64,000 bases of DNA from Chloroflexota bacterium (GTDB lineage: Bacteria; Chloroflexota; UBA11872; VXNJ01), in NCBI GenBank assembly GCA_965249595.1, contig OZ252242.1, positions 1,871,850-1,935,849 on the forward strand. The letters are read 5' to 3'. Below the pieces are notes generated by a model that was given only the letters and a program-made list of their open reading frames with translations, had not been told where the DNA came from and made no database searches. Position numbers and translations under genes: made by a program. Below, piece by piece: positions 7,484 to 16,959 of this stretch (position 1 is the stretch's first letter; every line of letters starts with the position of its first letter).

Positions 7484-9042
7484 GCTGCCACTCCCGCTTC
7501 CTGCGGGCTCAGGGATGCGGTTTGGTCGGTCACCACGGCCGCCCCTTGCTGCCGCAAAACTATGTGCATCGCTTCTTGGTCGTCGCCCTCCGGGTGGTCC
7601 GAGCGACGGTGACATCCACGTGATTCGGTTCGACTTTGGGCACCGGCGATGACGGCGCTGGCGGTTATTGCGGCCCGCCGCAGTTCGATCAACCGAACCA
7701 ATTCGAGGTTGTAGTGCGACCCATTCCAGGCCGGGGCGGCACGAGCGGCCGAGTCGCTGATTTCGGCGACCAATAGAGCGGCCTCGCCGAGACCATCGGC
7801 GCTGCGGGAGAGACCGACAAAGTCCGACATCACCGCCCTTAGGCGGCCAAACAGGGCGCCCGGATCGACCGAATCGTCGCCCCTGAAAGCCAGTTGCAGC
7901 CTGGCCTGGGCGTCTATCCGGGCCGATTCGGGCAGGTTTGCCGGCCGCGGCGCAATCCCGTTGGCGACGGATTTGGCGGAATCGACCAGGTCAAGAATCG
8001 CGTTGCCGGGCAGCAAGCCGCCACCAAGCAATGGCGAGGCGGCCGCCTCGCCGGCTACATAAAGCCCATCGACGCCGGTGCAGGGGTTAACTCCGCCAAG
8101 GGCGAAATGAACTGACGGGACCAGCGGGGATTTGAGGTCATCGCCGAGCAGTGCCGCAATTTCAGGAGCGACCAATTCAATTTCATCGGCAAAGGGGGAA
8201 AAATCGGCAGCCGGTGACGAACTCTCTTCAATTGCCAGGGCCAAAGACCCATGGGTCAATCCGGGCGCTGCGTCCAGCCCGGTGATTCCGCGTCCGGCCA
8301 TCGCCAGCGCGCCGCCAATGGCTGCGCCTTTGACTGAATCAGACGGGTGATCGATCCCGGCGGCCCATTCGATCATTTCCATATCGGCCAGTTGGGAACC
8401 GGCCGTTAAGGCCAGCGCCTGGCTGGTTCCGACGGCAAAACCCAGATTGTCGCTTACAGCAAAGAGGCCGCCCAGCGAACCATCGGTTAGCAACACGTTG
8501 CCGCTGGCGAAACCCTGCGCCAGGCCGGAGCGGATGTTGTAAGCAGTCAGGCCGCAGATTCCCGATTCGTCAGTGTGGAGATCCAGTGGCACCCATTCAG
8601 TAAAGACGTCGATCGAATAGGCGGCGACCCGGTCAATTAACGCATTGAGCACCGCCCGTCCGCTCCACCATCCGGCGGCCACGGTGTAGGCCACGCTGTT
8701 ATTGGCAAGTTTGATTTGGGCCAGACCGGCATCGTCGGAACGGGCAAATGCCGTTCCCATGTGCTCAAGTTCGACAACTACGGCGGCGGCGGCGGAACCG
8801 GCCGACTCTATCTGCTGCGGTTGTGCCAAACCCGCGCCGGCGGCGGTGCTGTCGGCAATGAAAGCCGCCATCTGATCGTCGCCGCTGGGGGCGTTGATCC
8901 CGTCGCGCAGATTGCCGTCGGGCGACTGGGCCAGAGCGGTCCGGCTGACGATGGCTACGTTTAGTTGCGCCTCAGCGGCGGCGATTGCGGCGCGTAGTCC
9001 GGCGATCCCGCCGCCCACGACAACCAGGTCGTACTCGATCAA
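7480..9042 (-). CDS. Degenerate SdhA/FrdA-like FAD-binding protein
   Basis: GGGIAG Rossmann motif, DMEM, HFALGG, GLYVAGE and ESRGCH present; catalytic His/Arg residues mostly replaced. Confidence 0.8.
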   Translation of the reverse strand: MIEYDLVVVGGGIAGLRAAIAAAEAQLNVAIVSRTALAQSPDGNLRDGINAPSGDDQMAAFIADSTAAGAGLAQPQQIESAGSAAAAVVVELEHMGTAFARSDDAGLAQIKLANNSVAYTVAAGWWSGRAVLNALIDRVAAYSIDVFTEWVPLDLHTDESGICGLTAYNIRSGLAQGFASGNVLLTDGSLGGLFAVSDNLGFAVGTSQALALTAGSQLADMEMIEWAAGIDHPSDSVKGAAIGGALAMAGRGITGLDAAPGLTHGSLALAIEESSSPAADFSPFADEIELVAPEIAALLGDDLKSPLVPSVHFALGGVNPCTGVDGLYVAGEAAASPLLGGGLLPGNAILDLVDSAKSVANGIAPRPANLPESARIDAQARLQLAFRGDDSVDPGALFGRLRAVMSDFVGLSRSADGLGEAALLVAEISDSAARAAPAWNGSHYNLELVRLIELRRAAITASAVIAGAQSRTESRGCHRRSDHPEGDDQEAMHIVLRQQGAAVVTDQTASLSPQEAGVAA

Positions 9043-9143
9043 GCGGCAGGGCCTCGGTCTGCTGATTGGGACAAGGGGGTCAAGGGCAACAAGTTAGTCA
9101 GTTTAGAAACCCTTAAAAACCCACGAGTTGGATTTTAAATTGC

Positions 9144-9176
9144 GACTGGCGGCTCGATCGCCCGGCGACGCCAATC
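9144..9176 (-). terminator. Stem-loop immediately after sucD
   Basis: Minus-strand GATTGGCG...CGCCAGTC stem with only a weak U tract. Confidence 0.35.
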
Positions 9177-10036
9177 TAGATGCGACTGGCAATCAGATCT
9201 CCCACCTGGTCGGGATAGTCGGCGACCGGAACGCCAACCTGGCGTAGTGCCGCAATCTTGTCGGCAGCCGCGCCCGAGCCGCCCGATACGATGGCCCCGG
9301 CATGCCCCATGCGGCGCTCGGGCGGGGCCGCCCGACCGGCGATGAATGACACGACCGGTTTGGTGACTTGTTGGGCGATGAATTCGGCGGCATTCTCCTC
9401 GTCCTGACCACCGATTTCGCCGATAAGGACGACGGCGTCGGTATCGGGATCGTCCTCAAAGAGCTCCAGGGCATCGTTGAAATTGGTCCCGATGAGTGGA
9501 TCACCGCCGATCCCCAGGCACAAGCCCTGGCCGATGTCACGGTTACTTAACGCTTGAATAACCTCATAGGTAAGGGTCCCGGAGCGCGAAACCACGCCGA
9601 TCCGGCCGGGCATGGCAATCGAACCCGGGATGATCCCCAGCTTGGTTTGGCCGGGCAGGATCAGGCCCGGGCAGTTTGGCCCGATGACCCGCGCCCCGCG
9701 GGCCGCGGCAAAGGAGAGCATCCGCGCCGAATCGAGGACCGGTATGCCCTCGGTTATGGCAACGATCAGCGAAATGCCGGCCGCGGCCTGTTCGCAAACC
9801 GCATCAGCGGCCGCAAATGCGGGCACAAACACCACTCCGGCCCGCGCACCGGAGTCGGCAACCGCGTCGCGCACACTGTCAAACACTGGCACGCCGTTTT
9901 CAGTTGTGCCACCTCGCCCCGGAACCACTCCCGAAACCACGTTGGCTCCGTAATCGAGCATTAGTCGCGTATGGAAGGATCCTTGGCGGCCTGTTATGCC
10001 CTGCACCAGAATCGGCGTGGCAGCGTCTACCAGCAA
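9176..10036 (-). CDS. sucD: Succinyl-CoA synthetase alpha subunit
   Basis: [30 protein letters not shown] and RMGHAGA (phospho-His); TTG start with GGAG. Confidence 0.95.
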   Translation of the reverse strand: MLVDAATPILVQGITGRQGSFHTRLMLDYGANVVSGVVPGRGGTTENGVPVFDSVRDAVADSGARAGVVFVPAFAAADAVCEQAAAGISLIVAITEGIPVLDSARMLSFAAARGARVIGPNCPGLILPGQTKLGIIPGSIAMPGRIGVVSRSGTLTYEVIQALSNRDIGQGLCLGIGGDPLIGTNFNDALELFEDDPDTDAVVLIGEIGGQDEENAAEFIAQQVTKPVVSFIAGRAAPPERRMGHAGAIVSGGSGAAADKIAALRQVGVPVADYPDQVGDLIASRI

Positions 10037-10039
10037 GAT

Positions 10040-11173
10040 CTAGGCTCCGCTTGCGGCAATTGCCGCCTGCACCGCGCTGATCATGCCGCGGTGGGCTGAG
10101 ATCCCGGCAGCCCGCAAAATCGCGAGCCCCTCCTGTTCGTTGGTGCCCACCAAGCGGGTTACCAACGGCACCGAGCGGTCCAGGCTGGCCAGGGCCGCCG
10201 TTATCCCGCGGGCCACATCGTCACAGCGGGTGATACCACCGAATATGTTGACCAGCACGACTTTCACGCCGGGATCGGAGAGTATGATCTCCATCGCCTG
10301 GCGAACCTGGGCGGCATCGGCGCCGCCACCGACATCGAGGAAGTTGGCCGGCTGGCCGCCTTCGCTGACGATCACGTCCAGCAACGCCATTGCCAATCCG
10401 GCGCCGTTGACCATACAACCGATGGATCCGTCCAACTTCACGTAGGCAATGCCCGCGGCGCGGGCCGCTGCCTCCTGTGCCGTCTCCTCTTCCGGATTGC
10501 GCAGGGTGGCCAGGTCGGGGTGCCGGAACAGCGCCGAGTCGTCTAACGTGATCTTGGCGTCGATTGCCGACAGTTCCCCCTGGGCAGTGACCACCAGCGG
10601 GTTGATCTCAACCAAAGAGGCATCGTGATCCTCCAAGCAGCGCACCGTTTGGGCCGCGATATTGGCAAAGCGGGACACCAAATCCCCGGGGATGCCCAGG
10701 TCGTAGCCAAGTTGACGGCCCGCATATGGGGCCAGACCCTGGCCGGCGGGGCAATAAACGCGTTTTATCGCCGCCGGCTGCTCAGCGGCAACCTGTTCAA
10801 TGTCGACCCCTCCGGCGGCGGAGGCCATGACCATGACCTGCGCGCGGGCCCGATCCGGCAGGGCTGCCAAGTAGAACTCGGAGGCGATTTCAACCTGTTC
10901 GGCAACCATCAAGCGGTCAACCGAGTGCCCGCCAATTGAAAGCCCCAAGATTTCGGCGGCGGCGGCGCTGGCCGCGGGCGGATCGTCAGCCAGGCGGATA
11001 CCGCCAGCCTTGCCGCGCCCGCCGGAGAGGACTTGTGCTTTAACGACCACCGGGCGACCCAATTGAGCCGCCGCCGCCGCCGCCTCGGCCGGAGTACCCA
11101 CGACCACGGCGTTAGGAACCGGCAGGCCGCTTGCCGAGAGCAGCAGCCGGGATTGATGTTCGTGCAACTTCAA
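10040..11173 (-). CDS. sucC: Succinyl-CoA synthetase beta subunit
   Basis: KLHEHQ, KAQVLSGGRGKAGG, EINPL, NGAGLAM, NFLDVGGG and NIFGGI; likely TTG start at 11173. Confidence 0.95.
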   Translation of the reverse strand: MKLHEHQSRLLLSASGLPVPNAVVVGTPAEAAAAAAQLGRPVVVKAQVLSGGRGKAGGIRLADDPPAASAAAAEILGLSIGGHSVDRLMVAEQVEIASEFYLAALPDRARAQVMVMASAAGGVDIEQVAAEQPAAIKRVYCPAGQGLAPYAGRQLGYDLGIPGDLVSRFANIAAQTVRCLEDHDASLVEINPLVVTAQGELSAIDAKITLDDSALFRHPDLATLRNPEEETAQEAAARAAGIAYVKLDGSIGCMVNGAGLAMALLDVIVSEGGQPANFLDVGGGADAAQVRQAMEIILSDPGVKVVLVNIFGGITRCDDVARGITAALASLDRSVPLVTRLVGTNEQEGLAILRAAGISAHRGMISAVQAAIAASGA

Positions 11174-11347
11174 AGTGGGCAAAACTCGGATGCTAAAGGG
11201 CTTTCCAACGTAAGGCCCAACTATTTTTAGTTTCGACGATCCATGGCCCAATTGGCCGCCATGCCGCCCGGGCTTGGGGTAAGCCGTTCCCTAGAATCGC
11301 CCGACCCTACGTTACGCCTCGGGCGCGTAGCAGAGCAGGTGGTGGCC

Positions 11348-13630
11348 ATGAGTGAAAACGGAATCGAAAGCACCGCTGCCGCGGCGATTTATCAGAAACT
11401 GGCCGCAAACCTGGAAGTGATCCGGGAACGTCTGGGACGGCCGTTGACATTGGCCGAAAAGATTCTTTACGGGCATGCCGACGACCCCGCCAATATCGCC
11501 CTGGGCCCCGGCCAATGGATCATGTTGCGCCCCGACCGAGTGGCGCTACAGGACGTGACCGGGCAGATGGCCCTCCTCCAATTCCGCCTGGCGGGACAGC
11601 AAAGGACTCAGGTCCCCACCACCGTTCACTGCGACCACCTCATTCGGGCCCAGATCGGCGCCGATGAAGATCTGGCCCGCTCGCGGCTGGAGAACGATGA
11701 GGTGTTTACGTTCCTGCGGTCGGCGTCGGCGCGCTACGGCCTGGGATTCTGGGAACCGGGATCCGGAATCATTCACCAAGTGCTGCTCGAAAATTACGCG
11801 GTTCCCGGAACGATGATCATTGGCACCGATTCCCATACGCCCAATGCCGGCGGACTTGGCGCTTTGGCAATCGGCGTCGGCGGCGCCGATGCGGTTGACG
11901 TGATGGTGGGCTTCCCGTGGGAAGTGCAATCCCCGTCGGTCTTGGGAGTTCGCCTAACCGGCCAACTCTCGGGCTGGTCAGCCCCCAAGGACGTGATCCT
12001 CAAAGTCGCCGGCATCCTAACCACCAAGGGCGGCACCAACCGGATCGTGGAATACTTCGGGCCTGGTTGCGAATCGATATCGGCCACCGGCAAAGCCACC
12101 ATAACCAACATGGGGGCCGAACTCGGTGCCACCACCTCGGTGTTTCCCTACGATCGGCGGATGGAAACCTATCTGCGATCGACCGAACGCGCGGTGGCGG
12201 CCGAACAAGCCAACGCCAACCGCTCCCTAGTTACCGCCGATCCGGAAACCGCCGCTGAGCCCGGAAGCTTCTACGACCAAGTGATCGAGATCGACCTATC
12301 CGCTCTTGAGCCGCATGTCGTGGGCCCGCACCGTCCCGACCGGGCCCGTCCGCTTGCCGACCTGGTGAACGAGATCGAGGAGGAAAATTTTCCCACCGAA
12401 CTCTCCGCGGTACTAATTGGCAGCTGTACCAATTCCTCCTATGAGGACATCTCACGGGCGGCCGCCGTGGCCCGCCAGGCATCGGCCGCCGGCAAGACGG
12501 TGGCCACGCCGTTGTTGGTTACCCCGGGATCGGAAATGGTTCGGGCCACCTTGGAACGCGACGGGCAGATCGAGGCTTTGGAGGCGATTGGGGCCACCGT
12601 GCTGGCCAATGCCTGCGGTCCCTGCATCGGCCAGTGGCGGCGCGCAGATCCGGATGATCCACACGCCCCGCCCCCGGCAGCCAATTCGATCGTTACGTCA
12701 TTCAATCGCAACTTTCCGCGGCGCAATGACGGCAACCCCGAAACGCTAAATTTCATAACCAGCCCGGAGATCGCGGTTTCGATGGCGATCGGCGGGCGGT
12801 TGGGTTTTGACCCGCGGCGCGACAAGACCGCCGACGGGTTCGAACTGGACGCGCCGGGTCCCGCTCCGGAGATTCCGGCCCGGGGATTTTTGCAGCGTGG
12901 GGCCGGATATGTAGCCCCCAACGGTGCGGGCAGTGAAGTAAATGTTGACCCCGACAGTCGTCGACTGGAGTTGCTCAAACCGTTTGCCGAACGCACTCCC
13001 GCCCAATTCCAGAATTTGGCCGTGCTGCTAAAGGCGACCGGTCAATGCACCACCGACCACATCTCGGCGGCCGGACCCTGGCTACGATTTCGCGGACACC
13101 TAAACAACATTTCAGACAACATGTTCATCGGCGCCAACAACGCTTTCAGCCCGACCGCGGGAACGGGTTACAACCCCTTGACCGGCGAGACCGGCGAGAA
13201 ATTACCCGACATCGCCCGGCAACTTAAAGCCGCCGGCCAGGGATGGGTTGCAATTGGCGATGAGAACTACGGTGAGGGATCGTCGCGTGAACATGCTGCC
13301 ATGTCACCGCGATTGCTCGGCGCAGCGGTTGTCATCACCCGCTCCTTCGCCCGGATTCACGAGACAAATCTGAAGAAACAGGGCGTCTTGGCGCTGACGT
13401 TTAAAGATCAATCGTCCTATGAGTTAATTCGCCAAGGCGACTCAATTTCAATCGAGGGGATAGATTCGCTGGCACCCGGCTCGGCGTTGACAGCCTGTCT
13501 GCAACATTCCGATGGGTCTACTGATCGCTGCGCGGTCTCGCACACCCTCAACTCCGAACAGATCGCTTGGCTTTGGGCGGGATCGGCCCTAAACGTAATC
13601 CGCAGTCAGGCCGCGTCCGCTTCAGGCTAG
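11348..13630 (+). CDS. acnA: Aconitate hydratase, mitochondrial-type
   Basis: LTLAEKILYGH, DRVALQD, HCDHLI, DSHTPNAGG, GSCTNSS, NACGPCIG, SFNRNF and NYGEGSSREHAA; likely ATG at 11348. Confidence 0.93.
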   Translation: MSENGIESTAAAAIYQKLAANLEVIRERLGRPLTLAEKILYGHADDPANIALGPGQWIMLRPDRVALQDVTGQMALLQFRLAGQQRTQVPTTVHCDHLIRAQIGADEDLARSRLENDEVFTFLRSASARYGLGFWEPGSGIIHQVLLENYAVPGTMIIGTDSHTPNAGGLGALAIGVGGADAVDVMVGFPWEVQSPSVLGVRLTGQLSGWSAPKDVILKVAGILTTKGGTNRIVEYFGPGCESISATGKATITNMGAELGATTSVFPYDRRMETYLRSTERAVAAEQANANRSLVTADPETAAEPGSFYDQVIEIDLSALEPHVVGPHRPDRARPLADLVNEIEEENFPTELSAVLIGSCTNSSYEDISRAAAVARQASAAGKTVATPLLVTPGSEMVRATLERDGQIEALEAIGATVLANACGPCIGQWRRADPDDPHAPPPAANSIVTSFNRNFPRRNDGNPETLNFITSPEIAVSMAIGGRLGFDPRRDKTADGFELDAPGPAPEIPARGFLQRGAGYVAPNGAGSEVNVDPDSRRLELLKPFAERTPAQFQNLAVLLKATGQCTTDHISAAGPWLRFRGHLNNISDNMFIGANNAFSPTAGTGYNPLTGETGEKLPDIARQLKAAGQGWVAIGDENYGEGSSREHAAMSPRLLGAAVVITRSFARIHETNLKKQGVLALTFKDQSSYELIRQGDSISIEGIDSLAPGSALTACLQHSDGSTDRCAVSHTLNSEQIAWLWAGSALNVIRSQAASASG

Positions 13631-14113
13631 ATCGTCGGGCTCAAATATCCAGCGATCGGCGACACGCTCGAACTCCAATAATTCGCTCGCGTCGAAATAA
13701 ATCGCCAACTCGCGTTCGGCGCTCTCGGTTGAATCGGCGGCATGGACTAGATTGCGCAGCGGAGAAAGGGCCAGATCGCCGCGAATAGTGCCGGCATCAG
13801 CATCACCGGGGCGGGTTGCCCCAACCATGCGGCGAACTGAGGAGACCGCTGACGGGCCGGCTAGAACCATCGCCAATGCCGGTCCCGATGTGAGATGGTC
13901 GCACAGCCCGGCGTAGAAAAATTTGCCCTCATGTTCGGCGTAGTGGGTCTGGGCCTGACTCCGGCTGGGCAGCAGCAGCTTTAAGGCCAGCAAACGGTAC
14001 CCGCGCCGGTCAAAGCGAGAGAGGATTTCGCCGGCCAGCGACCTCTGCAGGGCATCCGGTTTCAGCAATACAAATGTGCGTTCAAGCATCCCGAAGATTC
14101 CTAGTAGTCTCAT
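13622..14113 (-). CDS. ndk: Nucleoside diphosphate kinase
   Basis: ERTFVLLKPD, GTIRGD and NLVHAAD (catalytic His); an alternative start lies at 14089. Confidence 0.95.
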   Translation of the reverse strand: MRLLGIFGMLERTFVLLKPDALQRSLAGEILSRFDRRGYRLLALKLLLPSRSQAQTHYAEHEGKFFYAGLCDHLTSGPALAMVLAGPSAVSSVRRMVGATRPGDADAGTIRGDLALSPLRNLVHAADSTESAERELAIYFDASELLEFERVADRWIFEPDDLA

Positions 14114-15321
14114 TCGCCTAAATTTTCTTCGGTCGGAGCCCCGTCCGCCGGGGCGGGCGCCACGGCCGCGTCGGCGCGGTGCCGACTGTATGTCAACTCA
14201 GCCAACTCGGTAAGCCCCGCCCGGGTGAGCTCATCACCCAATCGGGAGAGCAAATCCGGCGGGGTTTGGGCGAGCAATTCTTCGTCCAGCTGATTACCGG
14301 CAAACTGCAAAACGATCGCTACCTGCGGCCAATTTTCAGTAGCGATCAGATTGGGAAGTTCACCGGCATTTGATTCGACCCGCGGCAGTGATTCATCTGA
14401 TTCGCCCACGTCATTGGTCGTCGGCTGAGGCAGCAGCCGCTCACTAGGAGGCACAAATTCTTCTTCGGCGGTCACATCATGTAGTTCAGATTGCGGCGGG
14501 GCCGGAACGGCGCTCGAATTTCCGCCCAGGATGTCGTCGACGGCGGCCACAAGTGCGACCGGCACCGGCAGTGGCTCAGCATCCGGCAAGCGGATGCGTG
14601 AAACCGGGAGACTCTCAAATAGAGTGCGGGCCAGCAAATATTCGGCATCGTACTGAACGCTGGCCGCCAATTGCTCGGCGGACGCATCAAGCTGTCCCAG
14701 TTCGGCGTAGGCCTGGGCGGCCAGGAGCATCGCCGGCAGGCAATCGGCGTAGTTGTCAGCAAGCCGCTCGCACGTCCGCAGGACGCTGTGCGCGCGCCCG
14801 GTTTGGAGCTGAATGGAGGCAACCGGGATGCCAAGGGCTGGCCAGTGTTCCAACTCACGGGCGTCATCCAGATATCGTTCGGCCAATAGCAATCGGCCGG
14901 CCCGCAGATGCATAAAGCCGATGCCGGCACGGCTTTGCGCAGGTTCGATCGCGCATTGCCGGGCGAGCCGCACAACTCCCTCGCTGACCGGGTCGATGGC
15001 AACTAGCTGGGCCAGGTCGTCGGCCAGGGTCGTGGCCCCTTCACCCAGCGCCCGGCGGGCCTGCAATGAAAGCAGATTGGCCGGCCCAGCAAGCGGGTCA
15101 ATATCGAGCACGAAACGGGCGTCGGAAAGGGCAGCCGAAACGCGGCCCCGGGCCAGGCGTAGACGCGCCCGCTCCAGACGGGCGGGGCAGTTCATTGGCC
15201 AGGCCACCGTCAGGACGGCCAACAATTTGGCGGCCGATGAGAATTGCCGTTGCCGGCGAAGCCGGCGAGTTCGGTCAATGATCGCCGACGGTAATAGCAG
15301 AGGATCAGCCGAACGGTCCAT
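14110..15321 (-). CDS. TPR-like repeat protein, function unknown
   Basis: Ala/Leu-rich helical repeats and an acidic Pro-rich C-terminal region; coupled to ndk by an ATGA overlap. Confidence 0.6.
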   Translation of the reverse strand: MDRSADPLLLPSAIIDRTRRLRRQRQFSSAAKLLAVLTVAWPMNCPARLERARLRLARGRVSAALSDARFVLDIDPLAGPANLLSLQARRALGEGATTLADDLAQLVAIDPVSEGVVRLARQCAIEPAQSRAGIGFMHLRAGRLLLAERYLDDARELEHWPALGIPVASIQLQTGRAHSVLRTCERLADNYADCLPAMLLAAQAYAELGQLDASAEQLAASVQYDAEYLLARTLFESLPVSRIRLPDAEPLPVPVALVAAVDDILGGNSSAVPAPPQSELHDVTAEEEFVPPSERLLPQPTTNDVGESDESLPRVESNAGELPNLIATENWPQVAIVLQFAGNQLDEELLAQTPPDLLSRLGDELTRAGLTELAELTYSRHRADAAVAPAPADGAPTEENLGE

Positions 15322-15426
15322 GGCCTAATTTTCTTTGGTTGGGCAAGTCGCAACACGCTTGTTCGACGCATCGCTGGCGAAAATGGCGGCGAGACAGATT
15401 CGAATCGATCGCCCAGATGAGGGAAG

Positions 15427-16434
15427 ATGCTCAGCAACATTGACCGTGCACGGTCTATTGTCGAAAGATTTGCCGGGGCTCGCGTCATGGTGGTGGGCGA
15501 CTTGGTAATCGACGAGCACCGTATGGGAACGGTGGCCCGCCTTTCGCGTGAGGCTCCCCTGCCGGTAATTGAGCAACGCGAGCAAAGCTACCTGGCGGGC
15601 GGGGCCGCCAATTTGGCGATGAATCTGCGATCCGTTGGGGTCGCCGTTTCCGTGCTTGGGGCGATCGGCGACGATCCGTTAGGTCAACGGTTGGCCGAAC
15701 TGATCGGTTCCAGCGGGGCTGAAGTGACCCACCTGCTCACGGTCCCGGGCAGCAAGACGCCGTCCAAGTTGCGGATATGGGCCTCCGGCGACCGCCAGGC
15801 CAGCCATCAGCAGGTGGCCCGGATCGATGCTGATGTCGACATGATGCTCAGCGCCGATGTCAACAGGGAGTTGGCCGATCGCCTGCGCCGGGCCGTTGGC
15901 GGTTGCGACGCGGTAATTTTTTCCGACTACGAAGGGGGCGTGGTGGCCCCGCAAATCCTGGCCGCGGCCCGAAGCGCAGCCAACGAATCCGGGACGCTGC
16001 TGGTGGCCGATTCGCATGGTGGCTTTGAGCGATTCACCGGATATGACGCGATTACGCCAAACCAACCGGAGGCCGAATCATTCCTGGGCGAACGTTTTGC
16101 CGATGTCGAAGCTGTGCTGCGGCGGGGCGGGGCGATGCTGGAACGCATCGCCTGCCGCGAGGTGCTAATGACCCTGGGCGCCGACGGGATGGCCCTGTTC
16201 CAGGCCGGTCAGCGGCCGTTGCACATTGCCCCGCATCCGATATCGTCGGTTACCGATACAACGGGGGCCGGCGATACCGCGGCGGCGGTCTTTGTCGCCG
16301 GACGGATAGCCGGAGCCAGCGCCGCTGAGGCGGCAACGCTGGCCAACTGTGCGGCGGCGGTGATCGTAGGTCAGGTTGGTGTGGCCACAGTCACCGGCCC
16401 GCAGATCATAGACGGCCTCTTTGGGCGGGCGTGA
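15427..16434 (+). CDS. rfaE1: PfkB-family kinase, HldE/RfaE domain I-like (heptose-7-phosphate kinase)
   Basis: VGDLVIDE, RLSREAPLPV, GGAANLA, SDYEGG, TPNQPEA and DTTGAGDT motifs. Confidence 0.85.
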   Translation: MLSNIDRARSIVERFAGARVMVVGDLVIDEHRMGTVARLSREAPLPVIEQREQSYLAGGAANLAMNLRSVGVAVSVLGAIGDDPLGQRLAELIGSSGAEVTHLLTVPGSKTPSKLRIWASGDRQASHQQVARIDADVDMMLSADVNRELADRLRRAVGGCDAVIFSDYEGGVVAPQILAAARSAANESGTLLVADSHGGFERFTGYDAITPNQPEAESFLGERFADVEAVLRRGGAMLERIACREVLMTLGADGMALFQAGQRPLHIAPHPISSVTDTTGAGDTAAAVFVAGRIAGASAAEAATLANCAAAVIVGQVGVATVTGPQIIDGLFGRA

Positions 16435-16435
16435 G

Positions 16436-16939
16436 ATGAAGCGCCCGGCCGCGCCGGTATTCTCTCTGGCCGTCGCCGCTTCCCGCCTGGCGAAGCGCGG
16501 CGACCAAACGTTGGTACTTACCAACGGCGTATTTGACCTGTTGCATCCGGGCCATACATTCCTGCTGGCCGAATGCTCAAAGCTGGGGGATCTGGTGGCG
16601 GTGGGCGTAAATTGCGACGCCGCCGTGCGGGCCGCCAAGGGTCCCGGCAGACCGTTGCAAGGTCTTCCCCAGCGGTTGGCGGTACTCTCGGCGGTACGTT
16701 GGGTAGATTTCCTGATTCCATTTCCCCAAGCCGACGCCGGCGAGTTGATTGCGGCCCTGCGTCCCGATATTTATGTAAAGGGTAGCGAATACGACCCCGC
16801 CGGCGCCAACCCGCGCCCGCTGCCCGAGCTGGAATCGACTGGCCGCTTTGGGGTGAAGTGTCATTACGTGGCCATGGAGCCCGGCCATTCGACAACCGGC
16901 CTGGCCCGCCGCATCACCGCCGACCGAATGGACCAATAG
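16436..16939 (+). CDS. rfaE2: HldE/RfaE domain II-like nucleotidyltransferase
   Basis: TNGVFDLLHPGH, GVNCD, KGPGRP, YVKGSEY and GHSTT motifs; ATG at 16436. Confidence 0.85.
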   Translation: MKRPAAPVFSLAVAASRLAKRGDQTLVLTNGVFDLLHPGHTFLLAECSKLGDLVAVGVNCDAAVRAAKGPGRPLQGLPQRLAVLSAVRWVDFLIPFPQADAGELIAALRPDIYVKGSEYDPAGANPRPLPELESTGRFGVKCHYVAMEPGHSTTGLARRITADRMDQ

Positions 16940-16959
16940 GCAGCCCGCTGCGTCGGCAC

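Noticed and set aside
6770-9042. Calling the degenerate SdhA/SdhB pair simple pseudogenes
   Set aside because: Both frames are uninterrupted and coupled, and residue loss is selective. Kept as CDS, though neutral decay is not formally excluded.
11348-13630. Eukaryote-to-bacterium transfer of a mitochondrial-type aconitase
   Set aside because: This aconitase type is known in several bacterial phyla, and the gene sits in a native-looking TCA cluster.
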